Shown: positions 1 to 8,306 of the stretch, in pieces | Layout: each line of letters opens with the position of its first letter | Position numbering within the stretch: position 1 is the first letter of the stretch | Virus record (IMG/VR): IMGVR_UViG_3300037484_000435 | Coordinates: 448,001-512,000 of that record | Source: a virus | Taxonomy: Duplodnaviria; Caudoviricetes | Strand: one strand, 5' to 3' | DNA length: 64,000 nt | Translations under genes and position numbers: made by a program | Notes under the pieces: model-generated | Database searches by the model: none | Told to the model about the DNA's origin: nothing | What the model saw: only the letters and a program-made list of their open reading frames with translations

Positions 1-64
1 AGGATAAATGCAAAAACCAAACCAACACTAACAACCTTCTTCATTCTTCTTCACCTCTTTCGAT

Positions 65-390
65 TTAACCTCCTACCTTTATAAAAATCTTAGGTGGAGG
101 AGTTGGGAAGTAGGCACGAAGGGCTGAACATAGCCAACCTGTCATACCTGTTTCCTTGTGGAAGTAAGTCCTCTCCCCGATAGCTTCAAGCTCTGCGTCT
201 ACGCCAGGGAAGGGCTTATCAGAAAAAGTTAGAGCAAACGACTGTTGTGGTGGCAACCCCTTGATACCCAAGATGTAGTTGATCATCTTAGGAGTACCTC
301 CTAGAAACAGCTCCCTGTAAATACTCCGAGGGGGGGGTCATCGAATAGCCATCCGAAGCCTTTCTCGTAATAAGGCCTAATGGTGTACAT
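65..390 (-). pseudogene. Conserved phage hypothetical (DUF6717-like) split by a frameshift in a G8 tract
   Basis: ATG at 390 with GGAGAGG RBS gives MYTIRPYYEKGFGWLFDDP; the ORF-track part (65-286) has FSDKPFPG...GWLCSALRAYF; 326 nt total, one nt short of in-frame at G330-337. Confidence 0.65.
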
Positions 391-402
391 GGCGACCTCT
401 CC

Positions 403-603
403 CTAGGCTTGTGCCTGATAATCTACTAGACTCGGTGACACGGCGATCAAGGTTTTATCGAAGAGCTCCCTCTCCACCCTCTCCTGCCTCTGAAGTTGTG
501 CGAGAATGTGCTCCAATACCGTTGTGATTCGATCCAGTCTCTCCGCAATAGGAAATAAAATCCTTTTGCTGTCCTCGCCTTGTTGAGTGGTCTCTGTGGA
601 CAT
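403..603 (-). CDS. Hypothetical protein
   Basis: ORF with GGAGGAAGG RBS; no family recognised. Confidence 0.7.
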   Translation of the reverse strand: MSTETTQQGEDSKRILFPIAERLDRITTVLEHILAQLQRQERVERELFDKTLIAVSPSLVDYQAQA

Positions 604-639
604 CGCCTTCCTCCTGTTATTTTCTAAAAGATTGCTTAA

Positions 640-1085
640 TCCCAGAGTTTGACGTTCTGAAATTCAGCAATACCTCAGAAAAATAAGTCTTGGTAAATAA
701 GTATCTGGTATGTTGCTGATATAGTAAGATGTCTTCCCCAAGACACCGCAACAAGGCTAGATACTCAACCGTTGGTGTGTGCGGGAAGCACCACCAAGGA
801 CCGAAGACTTAGACTACTTTTAACGTAGACCAAAATTAATATGAAAGATTGCGAACTACTGTGTCTACGTTGGGGTCTCGGGACCGCCGACCGATGTTAC
901 CAACCATCAGCAGAGTGGCAAAACCGTTCCCTGCCTAGTTAGTAATACTACCCGCTTAGTGTGGGGCTAACACTTCTTCACAGTTAGTCTTAGTGTTCTG
1001 TCCTGCAAAGATGACATTGAACACATCACCTAATTGATATAGCTCAATTTAGGAAAACTTAGTTTAGAACCAAGAGTCTAAACGT
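640..1085 (-). ncRNA. Candidate structured ncRNA (about 450 nt)
   Basis: No ORF of 60 aa or more; multiple helices by eye (664-674/707-719, 822-830/863-871, 1029-1037/1044-1053, 1062-1068/1077-1083). Strand inferred from context. Confidence 0.4.
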
Positions 1086-1091
1086 TTCTCT

Positions 1092-1526
1092 TTATCGAAC
1101 GGGAACCACGTTCGCTTCGGCTTCACTGTCCATCCAAGAGGCAAACCAAGAAACCGCCCCAAGGATAAGAGCAAGACCGATAACGATCGTGATGGCCCAG
1201 AACACTACTTTAACCGCTACGAACAAAGCTCCTGCAACCACCAAGATCGCTCCTACGAGGAAAGCACTGAGGGCAGAAACTGCAGCGGTAATGTTTCCTA
1301 CCAACCCTGCCAAGCTCAGCTTTCCAAGCCAAGCAACGGCGGCGGGGAAGATGTGAAACAGAGTGAAGAAGCCGATAGCAAACGCGAAGCCTGCTGCGAT
1401 GTGGTCACCCATAGCAACCACAACCGAACTAACCCAACGGCCACCCGCCTTGGCGGTTTCCCACACTCTGGCGATAAGGCCTTTGGTGGCGTCTTTCACA
1501 CCACCGAGATCGATTTTGTCCAACAT
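1092..1526 (-). CDS. Multi-pass membrane protein
   Basis: GGAGG RBS; long hydrophobic Ala/Val/Gly-rich segments. Confidence 0.8.
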   Translation of the reverse strand: MLDKIDLGGVKDATKGLIARVWETAKAGGRWVSSVVVAMGDHIAAGFAFAIGFFTLFHIFPAAVAWLGKLSLAGLVGNITAAVSALSAFLVGAILVVAGALFVAVKVVFWAITIVIGLALILGAVSWFASWMDSEAEANVVPVR

Positions 1527-1769
1527 AGGACACCTCCGAAAACTTTTTTAAAAGAGCGATGCTCTGTTTTGTCTTTGTTGTCATCTCCTTGCTATTGCAC
1601 CAGAGATTTACATTTGTCCTAACACACTCACTGTCTCCGTCGAGATTCAGTTCCTGTGTTGTTTTTAAACCTAGAAGAGTATTGATGGTGGGGCCATCTG
1701 AGATATTTTGGGGTAAACATTTTGTGACGACGTTTCCCTTACGTGACACATGAATAATAGTATTTACCC

Positions 1770-1830
1770 AAATACTCTTCATTAAACTATAAATCCCTTT
1801 ATAGGGTAAGTGGGACTTACTATAAAGGTA
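1770..1830. promoter_or_regulatory. Repeated hairpin element copy A (putative phage promoter)
   Basis: cctttata-gg-gtaagt-GGG-acttac-tataaagg, preceded by tatttaccc...ctataaatcc; upstream of minus-strand genes. Confidence 0.55.
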
Positions 1831-1991
1831 TTGATATTAGAAAGCACGCAGAGGCGATGGGCGGTGGAGAAGTCGGGTTACCTATCCCTAGGTGCCTGCT
1901 TCTCCCCGATCCCCATTTAACAACTTTGCCAAAAGCTGTAAGGCTTATCGCGATAGCCTAGTAGTTTTTTGGCCGAGGTAACTACCAGACC

Positions 1992-2177
1992 TCATTTGGG
2001 GCCAAGAACATCCAAAAATTTTTTAAACACAGGGGCCATAATACCAAGGACTTGTACCCCCGACTCAATCTTTTGTGTGATTGAAGTATTTGAGTCAGAG
2101 CAATCCATATCTGCAGCACTAAGTATTATCCTGTTTGTATCTGATAATAAATTACGTTCAATTTTGTTTTTGTCCAT
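1992..2177 (-). CDS. Hypothetical protein
   Basis: AGGAG RBS; co-directional ORF. Confidence 0.65.
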   Translation of the reverse strand: MDKNKIERNLLSDTNRIILSAADMDCSDSNTSITQKIESGVQVLGIMAPVFKKFLDVLGPK

Positions 2178-2204
2178 GTTTGTTTATTTAACTCCTGATT
2201 TTTT

Positions 2205-2760
2205 GGGGAGGTGGAGTTAGTGGTCCTCGTCTTATCTACCTCCCCTACGCGCGGTGGAATGTTGCTGTGACTTGCTTTCCTCCCATCACAGGGTTCTTAG
2301 CCCACAGCAGAGCACCCTAAAAATGCGTGGCTTATTGCTAACACCCCAAACGATTTAACTGCTTCCATCGTTGGGTGCCACCACCAAGAAAAGTTGGAGC
2401 AGCGGGAATCGAACCCACTAGTTACGGTGTTCCACCATTAACACCGAGAATTTGCTCCGCTTCAAAGTCCAATCCAATCGAGACGCCCAGTGGTCGACTT
2501 CACTAGGCGTGGTGGGACTCCTCTAAGTGCTCCTCCCATGCACGACGGCGATGCTGGGTGTGGCTATCTGCCAGACCTCTAGAGCCGTTTCAAGGGAGGG
2601 GGTCGAGAGGAGTCCCGAGTTCTCAGTAACTATACTATCCCGACTATCCGGTGGGATCCAGAGAGGTAAGGGTCTGAGAAAACCTAACCTCAATGGTCCT
2701 CCGCCGATTAGGGGAGGATTTAGCATAGCCTTTAGAACCGGCGCTGTTAAAGTTTGTTGT
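2205..2760 (-). ncRNA. Candidate structured ncRNA containing a tRNA-like module
   Basis: Consecutive helices (2205-2212/2238-2245, 2263-2269/2303-2309, ~2342-2377, ~2482-2510); only weak overlapping ORFs; lies downstream of hairpin element B. Confidence 0.4.
2394..2459 (-). ncRNA. tRNA-like element lacking an anticodon arm
   Basis: Minus strand: CGGAGCA acceptor strand, CGGTGTT-AATGGTGG-AACACCG D-like arm, GTGGG-TTCGATT-CCCGC T arm, TGCTCCA-A; 66 nt, no encoded CCA. Confidence 0.6.
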
Positions 2761-2869
2761 TTTTTCATTAGAGTATTTACTTAGGGCCAGTCCATTTTAT
2801 AACTCCTTTCGTTTATGCGTAAACGGTGGGACTACCCACCTACCAAATCAAAAGGTAAAGATCCTAATA

Positions 2870-2925
2870 CTTATCATTTGTACTATAAATCCATTGGGTT
2901 AGAGGGTACTAACCAAAGGATTGTA
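2870..2925. promoter_or_regulatory. Repeated hairpin element copy B
   Basis: tactataaatcc-att-g-ggttag-AGGGTA-ctaacc-aaa-ggatt. Confidence 0.55.
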
Positions 2926-3054
2926 TAGACTGCACATGGCACGCACGTAAAAAAAATAAACGCGCGTATTAAACCATTATTCCTTAAATATAACGGGTGA
3001 CACGTGCGTGCGTCACCCGTTATAGTAACACAAGCTGGGGGAGGGAGGGACCAA

Positions 3055-3213
3055 TTAGAGATACCTCAACTCAGCAAGAGATTCGATCCTGTCCGGATGA
3101 AAATCTTCCAAGTCACTACGTTCCTGAGAACCAAAGAAATCGTAATCCTCGCTGGAGATTGTGCGACACTTCTCTTCGTTCTCTGCCAACTCTAATTGGT
3201 CTCGATAGTACAT
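3055..3213 (-). CDS. Small acidic protein (52 aa, below the ORF-track cutoff)
   Basis: AGGAG RBS plus ATG; MYYRDQLELAENEEKCRTISSEDYDFFGSQERSDLEDFHPDRIESLAELRYL. Confidence 0.6.
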   Translation of the reverse strand: MYYRDQLELAENEEKCRTISSEDYDFFGSQERSDLEDFHPDRIESLAELRYL

Positions 3214-3253
3214 GTTTTGTCTCCTATGCTTTAAACGTTAACATATGGGAACC

Positions 3254-3511
3254 CTATACCGAACTACTCTCACCTTTCTGAAAATGGTCCCGATAAGCCG
3301 GCACAAAGTCCCGCACGAAATCCAATCCAAGCCTACGGCAGATAGACTTCACAAATTTGCGAGACAGGGTGGGGTCGTTATTGTGAATACGTAACTTTGC
3401 CACTCTCGTCCCGATGCTTAGTTTCTCGTGCCCAGACTTGGATGGACCATTATTACAACCCAAACCTTTGAAAATACTAATCGCAAGATTAGTTGGGATC
3501 TCCTTAGGCAT
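3254..3511 (-). CDS. HicA-like (dsRBD-fold) mRNA interferase
   Basis: 85 aa; helix-LG-x6-S-G-H-x2-L pattern and C-terminal I..RLGL helix typical of HicA. Confidence 0.6.
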   Translation of the reverse strand: MPKEIPTNLAISIFKGLGCNNGPSKSGHEKLSIGTRVAKLRIHNNDPTLSRKFVKSICRRLGLDFVRDFVPAYRDHFQKGESSSV

Positions 3512-3561
3512 AGGTTTAATGATAACCCTTTTGCAAACTCCACAAAGCGGAGTCGCAGGAC

Positions 3562-4299
3562 TTATTCGAAAGGGGAGTCCAGAGACTCACTAACCTCCTT
3601 CTCAGCCGACGGCTGCTCGTTGTGGGCTTCCTCCTCAGTGGAAGATTCACTGGGTTGAGGTAGTAGAATGTCGAGACCCTCCAAAGCCTTTCTTAGACTC
3701 TGGCGACCTTCACACAAGGAAAGCACTATTTCATCCATCTTGCCGAACTCCTCTTCTCGGCGCTCGTAGTGCTCCACCTTAGCGTTTAGTTTTTCAACTT
3801 GGACACTTCGGTCAGCCAGTAGGCTCTCCGCCTGCTCCATTCTGGTTTTGTAAAGGAGAGCTTCCGCTTGGAATCTATCCGCAGATTTCTCAAGCCGGGA
3901 AATGATTTGGATCACTTCTTGGGTGGCCCTCCCCGGGAACTCCTCAGGTTTTTCTTCTTGAACAGGAAGTCTCATTCCTTGCAAGATACTGTTCTGCTTT
4001 GCCGTGTAGAGACCCTTTTCAACACGCTGAATCAACCCAGCGTGGTACATTTTTGGGAGAAGGGTGGCCAACGATGTTAGCCCACCAAATCCTTCATCCT
4101 TCCCCAAAGCTAGCCACAAATCTGCTGTTCTGAATTGGGTTTCGGGGTGTTGATCAATAAATCGCTTGATCTTGGTTTTCTGATCAATAGAAACGTTTTC
4201 CATAACCTCTTCTCCTTTCCTCATACGTGCGGGTTGATAAACAACCTTTCTTATCTTATATTTACCGCGGGTACACACGAAACTTTCTTTTGTATTCAT
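3562..4299 (-). CDS. Putative winged-helix DNA-binding protein with coiled-coil C-terminus
   Basis: LATLLPKMYHAGLIQRVEKGLY wHTH-like segment; heptad-rich C-terminal half. Confidence 0.55.
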   Translation of the reverse strand: MNTKESFVCTRGKYKIRKVVYQPARMRKGEEVMENVSIDQKTKIKRFIDQHPETQFRTADLWLALGKDEGFGGLTSLATLLPKMYHAGLIQRVEKGLYTAKQNSILQGMRLPVQEEKPEEFPGRATQEVIQIISRLEKSADRFQAEALLYKTRMEQAESLLADRSVQVEKLNAKVEHYERREEEFGKMDEIVLSLCEGRQSLRKALEGLDILLPQPSESSTEEEAHNEQPSAEKEVSESLDSPFE

Positions 4300-4465
4300 A
4301 TTTTCTTTGTACCCGATTGTACTTCAATCGCCTAGATTCTATATTACCCTCTATTGAAGGGATAGAGGGATATATAACTAGGCTCCTTGCCGCATTGGCG
4401 CGGACGCCTACTCGACGCTGCCAGTGGTTACTCTTAACTGAAAATTTCAAATAATACATCACCAC
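4262..4465 (-). CDS. Small basic hypothetical protein
   Basis: Co-directional ORF; weak support. Confidence 0.35.
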   Translation of the reverse strand: MVMYYLKFSVKSNHWQRRVGVRANAARSLVIYPSIPSIEGNIESRRLKYNRVQRKYEYKRKFRVYPR

Positions 4466-5180
4466 CTTTGGAACACCAAAGGGGAAGTGTCCAGTTCAAG
4501 CATCGAGAGAAGCTGTAATCTTCTCAAAATACATATCGGGTGAACTAGAAAATACCCGTCCTGTTTCACAGGCTTAGAGCTTTTGTTATGGCCAAGCCCA
4601 AGACCTTTTTCGCTAACTGTAATAATTAAGCGATGGTTAAGGGTTTTCTCCAGTTGAATTCTTCCTGTCTTATGATCACTCAAAAACCAAGGTTTCCAAT
4701 TCAGGGCTACCCTAGGTAGAGTAGCCCCTCCCATAATCACGACATCTGCTCCTCTTGTCATTGAGTCTGTCTCCCTTTCAGAGTGTGACTCAACCTTCTT
4801 GGGGAGGGAGGGGTAGCAGATCGCTGTCACTGATTGAACCTGACTCGGTTTGCTCGGATTTCTCTCCGAACAATTTAACGTCTGACCGAACCCTTTTACT
4901 TCTACTGTCATGGCCCTTCCTTTTCTCTGATGCTTCGGGTAGGCACCAAAGCAATGTTGAGATGTTTTGTGATGAAACTTCAACCTAGGCAACAACGAGA
5001 CAACCATACTACAATTGTCAAGTCTTACCACCTCTTTAGCTCTAAACAAATTAAACACGACAGTCAAACCAACCTCCTTCTTAGTCTACTCGAAGAAGCG
5101 ACCCAACGGGTCATTAAGAAAAAAGAAATATTAAACACCAATAACCTATATATACAACGGGACTCACACCCGTTTTGATT
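4460..5180 (-). ncRNA. Candidate large structured ncRNA (about 700 nt), overlapping a 202-codon ORF
   Basis: Dense hairpins, several capped by GNRA loops on the minus strand (cctgt-GAAA-cagg, ctct-GAAA-gggag, cgggt-GTGA-gtcccg); nested helix 4744-4750/4815-4821. Confidence 0.45.
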
Positions 5181-5194
5181 TGGTCTTATTAGAA

Positions 5195-5275
5195 TATTAC
5201 CCGAATATTCTTATGAGACCTATAAACCTTAATATTTAATTAGGGTAAGTGGGACTTACAATTAAATAAAGGCTT
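5195..5275. promoter_or_regulatory. Repeated hairpin element copy C
   Basis: tattaccc...ctataaacc-tt-aa-tatttaatt-agg-gtaagt-GGG-acttac-aattaaata-aagg; same core as copy A. Confidence 0.55.
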
Positions 5276-5332
5276 ATAGTTCTTTGAAAGCGTGAACACG
5301 TAACCCTCGCGTGTCAAAACATTAGTCTTTTT

Positions 5333-5402
5333 TTCTATAAACCCAATTAGTCTTTAAATATATAAACCTAAAATGGGTAACGAGGGTTACCATTTAAGGA
5401 TT
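5333..5402. promoter_or_regulatory. Repeated hairpin element copy D
   Basis: ctataaaccc...tttaaatatataaacct-aaaatgg-gtaac-GAGG-gttac-cattt-aagg. Confidence 0.55.
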
Positions 5403-5507
5403 GATATACAAAGAGGGGAGCTGGAACGTAAGAAAGTGGGAAGCAAATGGAAAATTTACCTAAACAGACGGATTTTACACCGTCTGTAGGTAAATTTGTA
5501 GCTGGAT

Positions 5508-5747
5508 TTACTTAGGAAGCAAATAAGGGTTGTGTTTGAAAGCCAACGATAGGATTCCCTTTACAACCATGCCTGTAATTTGCACTCCTGCTCCGCACAT
5601 CCTTGCTACTGACCTCTCATCTGCTCTAAAATAAGTTCTTTGGTAACTATTCTTGATTGATCCGTCTCTACGATAAGTCCTCCTTTGCGTGTTGTAGTAC
5701 TCTACCATTCTTGGTAAGTACCTCCTAGTATTTTTGCCAACAAACAC
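5508..5747 (-). CDS. Hypothetical protein
   Basis: Co-directional ORF; start uncertain. Confidence 0.45.
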   Translation of the reverse strand: MFVGKNTRRYLPRMVEYYNTQRRTYRRDGSIKNSYQRTYFRADERSVARMCGAGVQITGMVVKGILSLAFKHNPYLLPK

Positions 5748-5892
5748 AATTGAATCTTAGGATTAACCTAATCACATTTTGAACAATCATTGTTGGCTTC
5801 AACTATAAATCACAAACAATCTGCCAAAAGATTCCTTGTTGGTCAACAACCATTATCAATCAACTTTCATTACGAAAGAACGATGAGAGTTC

Positions 5893-6366
5893 CTATGAAC
5901 TGGACCGTTGTGTTTTGAGACGTCTATCCTCTTCCATCCGCCTACGTCTTTCTCTCTCAGCCTTCAGCTCCTGCCGTTTAGCATACTTCTTAACGGCCCG
6001 CTCCCTAGCTTTTCTCAACAACTCTGAACCAGCAACGTTCTTACCGTCTACGTAAGTGATACCTTCCGACAGTTTGTTGAGCGAGAAGATCAGCCCGTTA
6101 CGATGCTTTCGAGCATGCAGTTTCTTGGCATGTTCGGCCAACAATTTGGCATGCTCCGCGTTTTCACACTGAAACGTAGCGGTTGTCTTGTCTGCTGGGA
6201 GATCCAACGTGGTAGGAGTTCCACCTACCATCTTCCGAGCATTGAATTTACACTCCACTACATCGCCCCGCACAGTAGCCTCAATCACTTTCACCCCTTT
6301 ATAAGGGGCACTGAAGCGACCACTCTTACCTGAACCACCCTCAGAACTTTTCTTTCCCATTGTCAA
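5893..6366 (-). CDS. Hypothetical basic protein
   Basis: AAAGGAGG RBS; charged helical C-terminus. Confidence 0.75.
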   Translation of the reverse strand: MTMGKKSSEGGSGKSGRFSAPYKGVKVIEATVRGDVVECKFNARKMVGGTPTTLDLPADKTTATFQCENAEHAKLLAEHAKKLHARKHRNGLIFSLNKLSEGITYVDGKNVAGSELLRKARERAVKKYAKRQELKAERERRRRMEEDRRLKTQRSSS

Positions 6367-6583
6367 ACCTCCTTTTGGTTTACCTTTCGGATATGGGATT
6401 TGTAGCCCCAGAACGTAAGCCTATGGAACAAAATAACATTCGGGGCTATATTAAACGTTATTTTTGTGCGAAATCAAGCCATCTGAGCGAATTTCGCATT
6501 TGCGGCCCGCAAAGACCCCCATAAGCATATCAGGCAGTTACATATGGCATCCTTAGTGTTACCAAGGAGCCGAAAATAAACGC

Positions 6584-6850
6584 CTAACTAGAGAAATAGC
6601 AACCTACGAAACCATCGGTGGTTTCTGTGGCCTCCTCGGGTTCGTGGCCCAGATGGTCACACAATAGAGCACCACAGTCACTATGTAGCCCGTGAAAGTA
6701 AACGTCTACGTCTTCATTGTAGGGCAGACAGACATCAATGAACTGCATCTCTATTATATTGGACCAATACACCTCTTGGTCAGGGTGCCCCAAAGGCTCA
6801 AATAAAGACCTTTGTAGGTCTTGTAATTCCAGTAACTCCGTATCTGTCAT
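6584..6850 (-). CDS. Hypothetical acidic protein
   Basis: ATGA overlap with the upstream gene. Confidence 0.65.
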   Translation of the reverse strand: MTDTELLELQDLQRSLFEPLGHPDQEVYWSNIIEMQFIDVCLPYNEDVDVYFHGLHSDCGALLCDHLGHEPEEATETTDGFVGCYFSS

Positions 6851-7107
6851 TCTTTAACCTCTATGGTATCGCACCTTTCGGGGATTACAAATGCCACAAA
6901 TTCACTCCCCGCACCGTCTTTTGGTCGCGCTCTCAACGCATTTATGAGGGAAGAATTCGTAAATCCCAAAGGGATAGCACTGCTACTTATTTGGGCGTTA
7001 AGACCATCTTCCAAATAACGGCCCCAGCACTTACCACAACCACAATAACGGATGTGATAGGTAAGTTTGATTACGTCTTGGCATTCTTGGCAGAAAATGA
7101 GCTTCAT
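6847..7107 (-). CDS. Conserved phage hypothetical with CxxC/CxCG motifs
   Basis: MKLIFCQECQD...YCGCGKCWGRY; RBS present. Confidence 0.75.
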   Translation of the reverse strand: MKLIFCQECQDVIKLTYHIRYCGCGKCWGRYLEDGLNAQISSSAIPLGFTNSSLINALRARPKDGAGSEFVAFVIPERCDTIEVKE

Positions 7108-7172
7108 ATTCTTCCACTCCTAAAACGTAAAACCCCTAGATTTATCTAGGGGCTTCACGGCCTTGTGGGTTA

Positions 7173-7358
7173 TCAACAAGCCAGAGACCTCAAAACCCGG
7201 TTGAGCGTCTCAGGATCGAGAATCTTGTAAGGTTCTCTCTCGTTCTTGTTGGGCTCGATGACACACCGCCCCTCAACGATGAGGGACACCCTTGGGGGAC
7301 GACCCGTAATTGTATCAACGCGGTCGACGATCGGATTGAGCCTCTGGTCCTGTTCCAT
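7173..7358 (-). CDS. Hypothetical protein
   Basis: Co-directional ORF with RBS. Confidence 0.6.
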   Translation of the reverse strand: MEQDQRLNPIVDRVDTITGRPPRVSLIVEGRCVIEPNKNEREPYKILDPETLNRVLRSLAC

Positions 7359-7384
7359 TTAATGCTTCCTTTCTGTCTGGATAT

Positions 7385-8197
7385 TCACACACTGGTTATA
7401 CAGTTTGCTCTGAATCTACATTTTTTGTTATTGATAGCTTTTTTACTTCGTCGGGGTAAAAGTCGCTGAAGATCCTCAGAAGATAGATTAAAGTTTGTTA
7501 GAAGAATAAATTCCTCTGATATGCCCCAATGGGTTTCGTGTTTGACTTGGTCTGGGTTTAATAAAAACTTTTCAACAAGATCATATTTACGTTTCATGAA
7601 GAGTTCAGCATCTGTGTAAATCCACCTACAAAAGTCAATTGCCACAGAACCTCCATAATGCAGACGATAACAATTGTAACCTTTGTCTTTAAAGACACTC
7701 ACCTCGTTGTTATTTATTTCTCGGAAATGAGCTGCGACCCACTCCAACACCCATCTCGTGCTGGTAATACAAAGATGAAGGTCTCTTTGTCGGCAGGAAT
7801 CATCCACATTGCTTAATCCCCCATCACCATCAAAATAACCACGAATAAAATGTTTTATCATATCTGGTGGTAAATTTTTTGGTGGCTTAAGAGAAAGACT
7901 TTTGTTATTGTGTATACCAAAAGCGTTCAGTTGCTCGCACAGCTTCCTACTGTTAAAGGATACATGAGCAAAATCAAACGATTTTATCCCCGCATTGCCC
8001 CAAGTTTTGCGTTGTGTGTATTTAGTAATAGGTCGAGATGGTTGAATCTGATCCCTAATTACCCTAACTGTGTTTCTGTCCTTCGCTGATAGGTAAACTG
8101 AAACAGAACGATTATACTTATCTATAGACCCATCCGCGGCCAAAAAACCAAGTAGGTAGGCTTTATTTTGATGATCAATCTTACTGAAATCTAACAT
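7385..8197 (-). CDS. Free-standing LAGLIDADG homing endonuclease
   Basis: Two motifs, YLLGFLAADGSI and FIRGYFDGDGGL; own AAGGAGG RBS. Confidence 0.9.
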   Translation of the reverse strand: MLDFSKIDHQNKAYLLGFLAADGSIDKYNRSVSVYLSAKDRNTVRVIRDQIQPSRPITKYTQRKTWGNAGIKSFDFAHVSFNSRKLCEQLNAFGIHNNKSLSLKPPKNLPPDMIKHFIRGYFDGDGGLSNVDDSCRQRDLHLCITSTRWVLEWVAAHFREINNNEVSVFKDKGYNCYRLHYGGSVAIDFCRWIYTDAELFMKRKYDLVEKFLLNPDQVKHETHWGISEEFILLTNFNLSSEDLQRLLPRRSKKAINNKKCRFRANCITSV

Positions 8198-8306
8198 TTT
8201 CTAGTCCCCTCCTTTTATAACAGGCAGGAGACTAGTTAAATTGTAGTTGTATGGGTACCCCAGTTTTTCGAAAGCCTACTAGTATACGTTCCGAGCAGTT
8301 TTTCAC

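Noticed and set aside
1429-1782. 117-aa minus-strand ORF
   Set aside because: Overlaps the membrane-protein gene by about 100 nt, lacks a clear RBS and has random-looking composition; more likely a 5' leader.
2394-2459. Canonical tRNA or tmRNA gene
   Set aside because: No anticodon arm, no G3:U70, and no tag reading frame or second tmRNA half recognised.
640-5180. RNase P RNA, 6S RNA or group II intron identity for the structured regions
   Set aside because: No GAGGAAAGTCC/P4 signature, no GUGCG start or domain V motif; left as unassigned ncRNA candidates.
7385-8300. Group I intron hosting the LAGLIDADG ORF
   Set aside because: No split host gene and no P7/J8-7 core motifs seen; the ORF has its own RBS.
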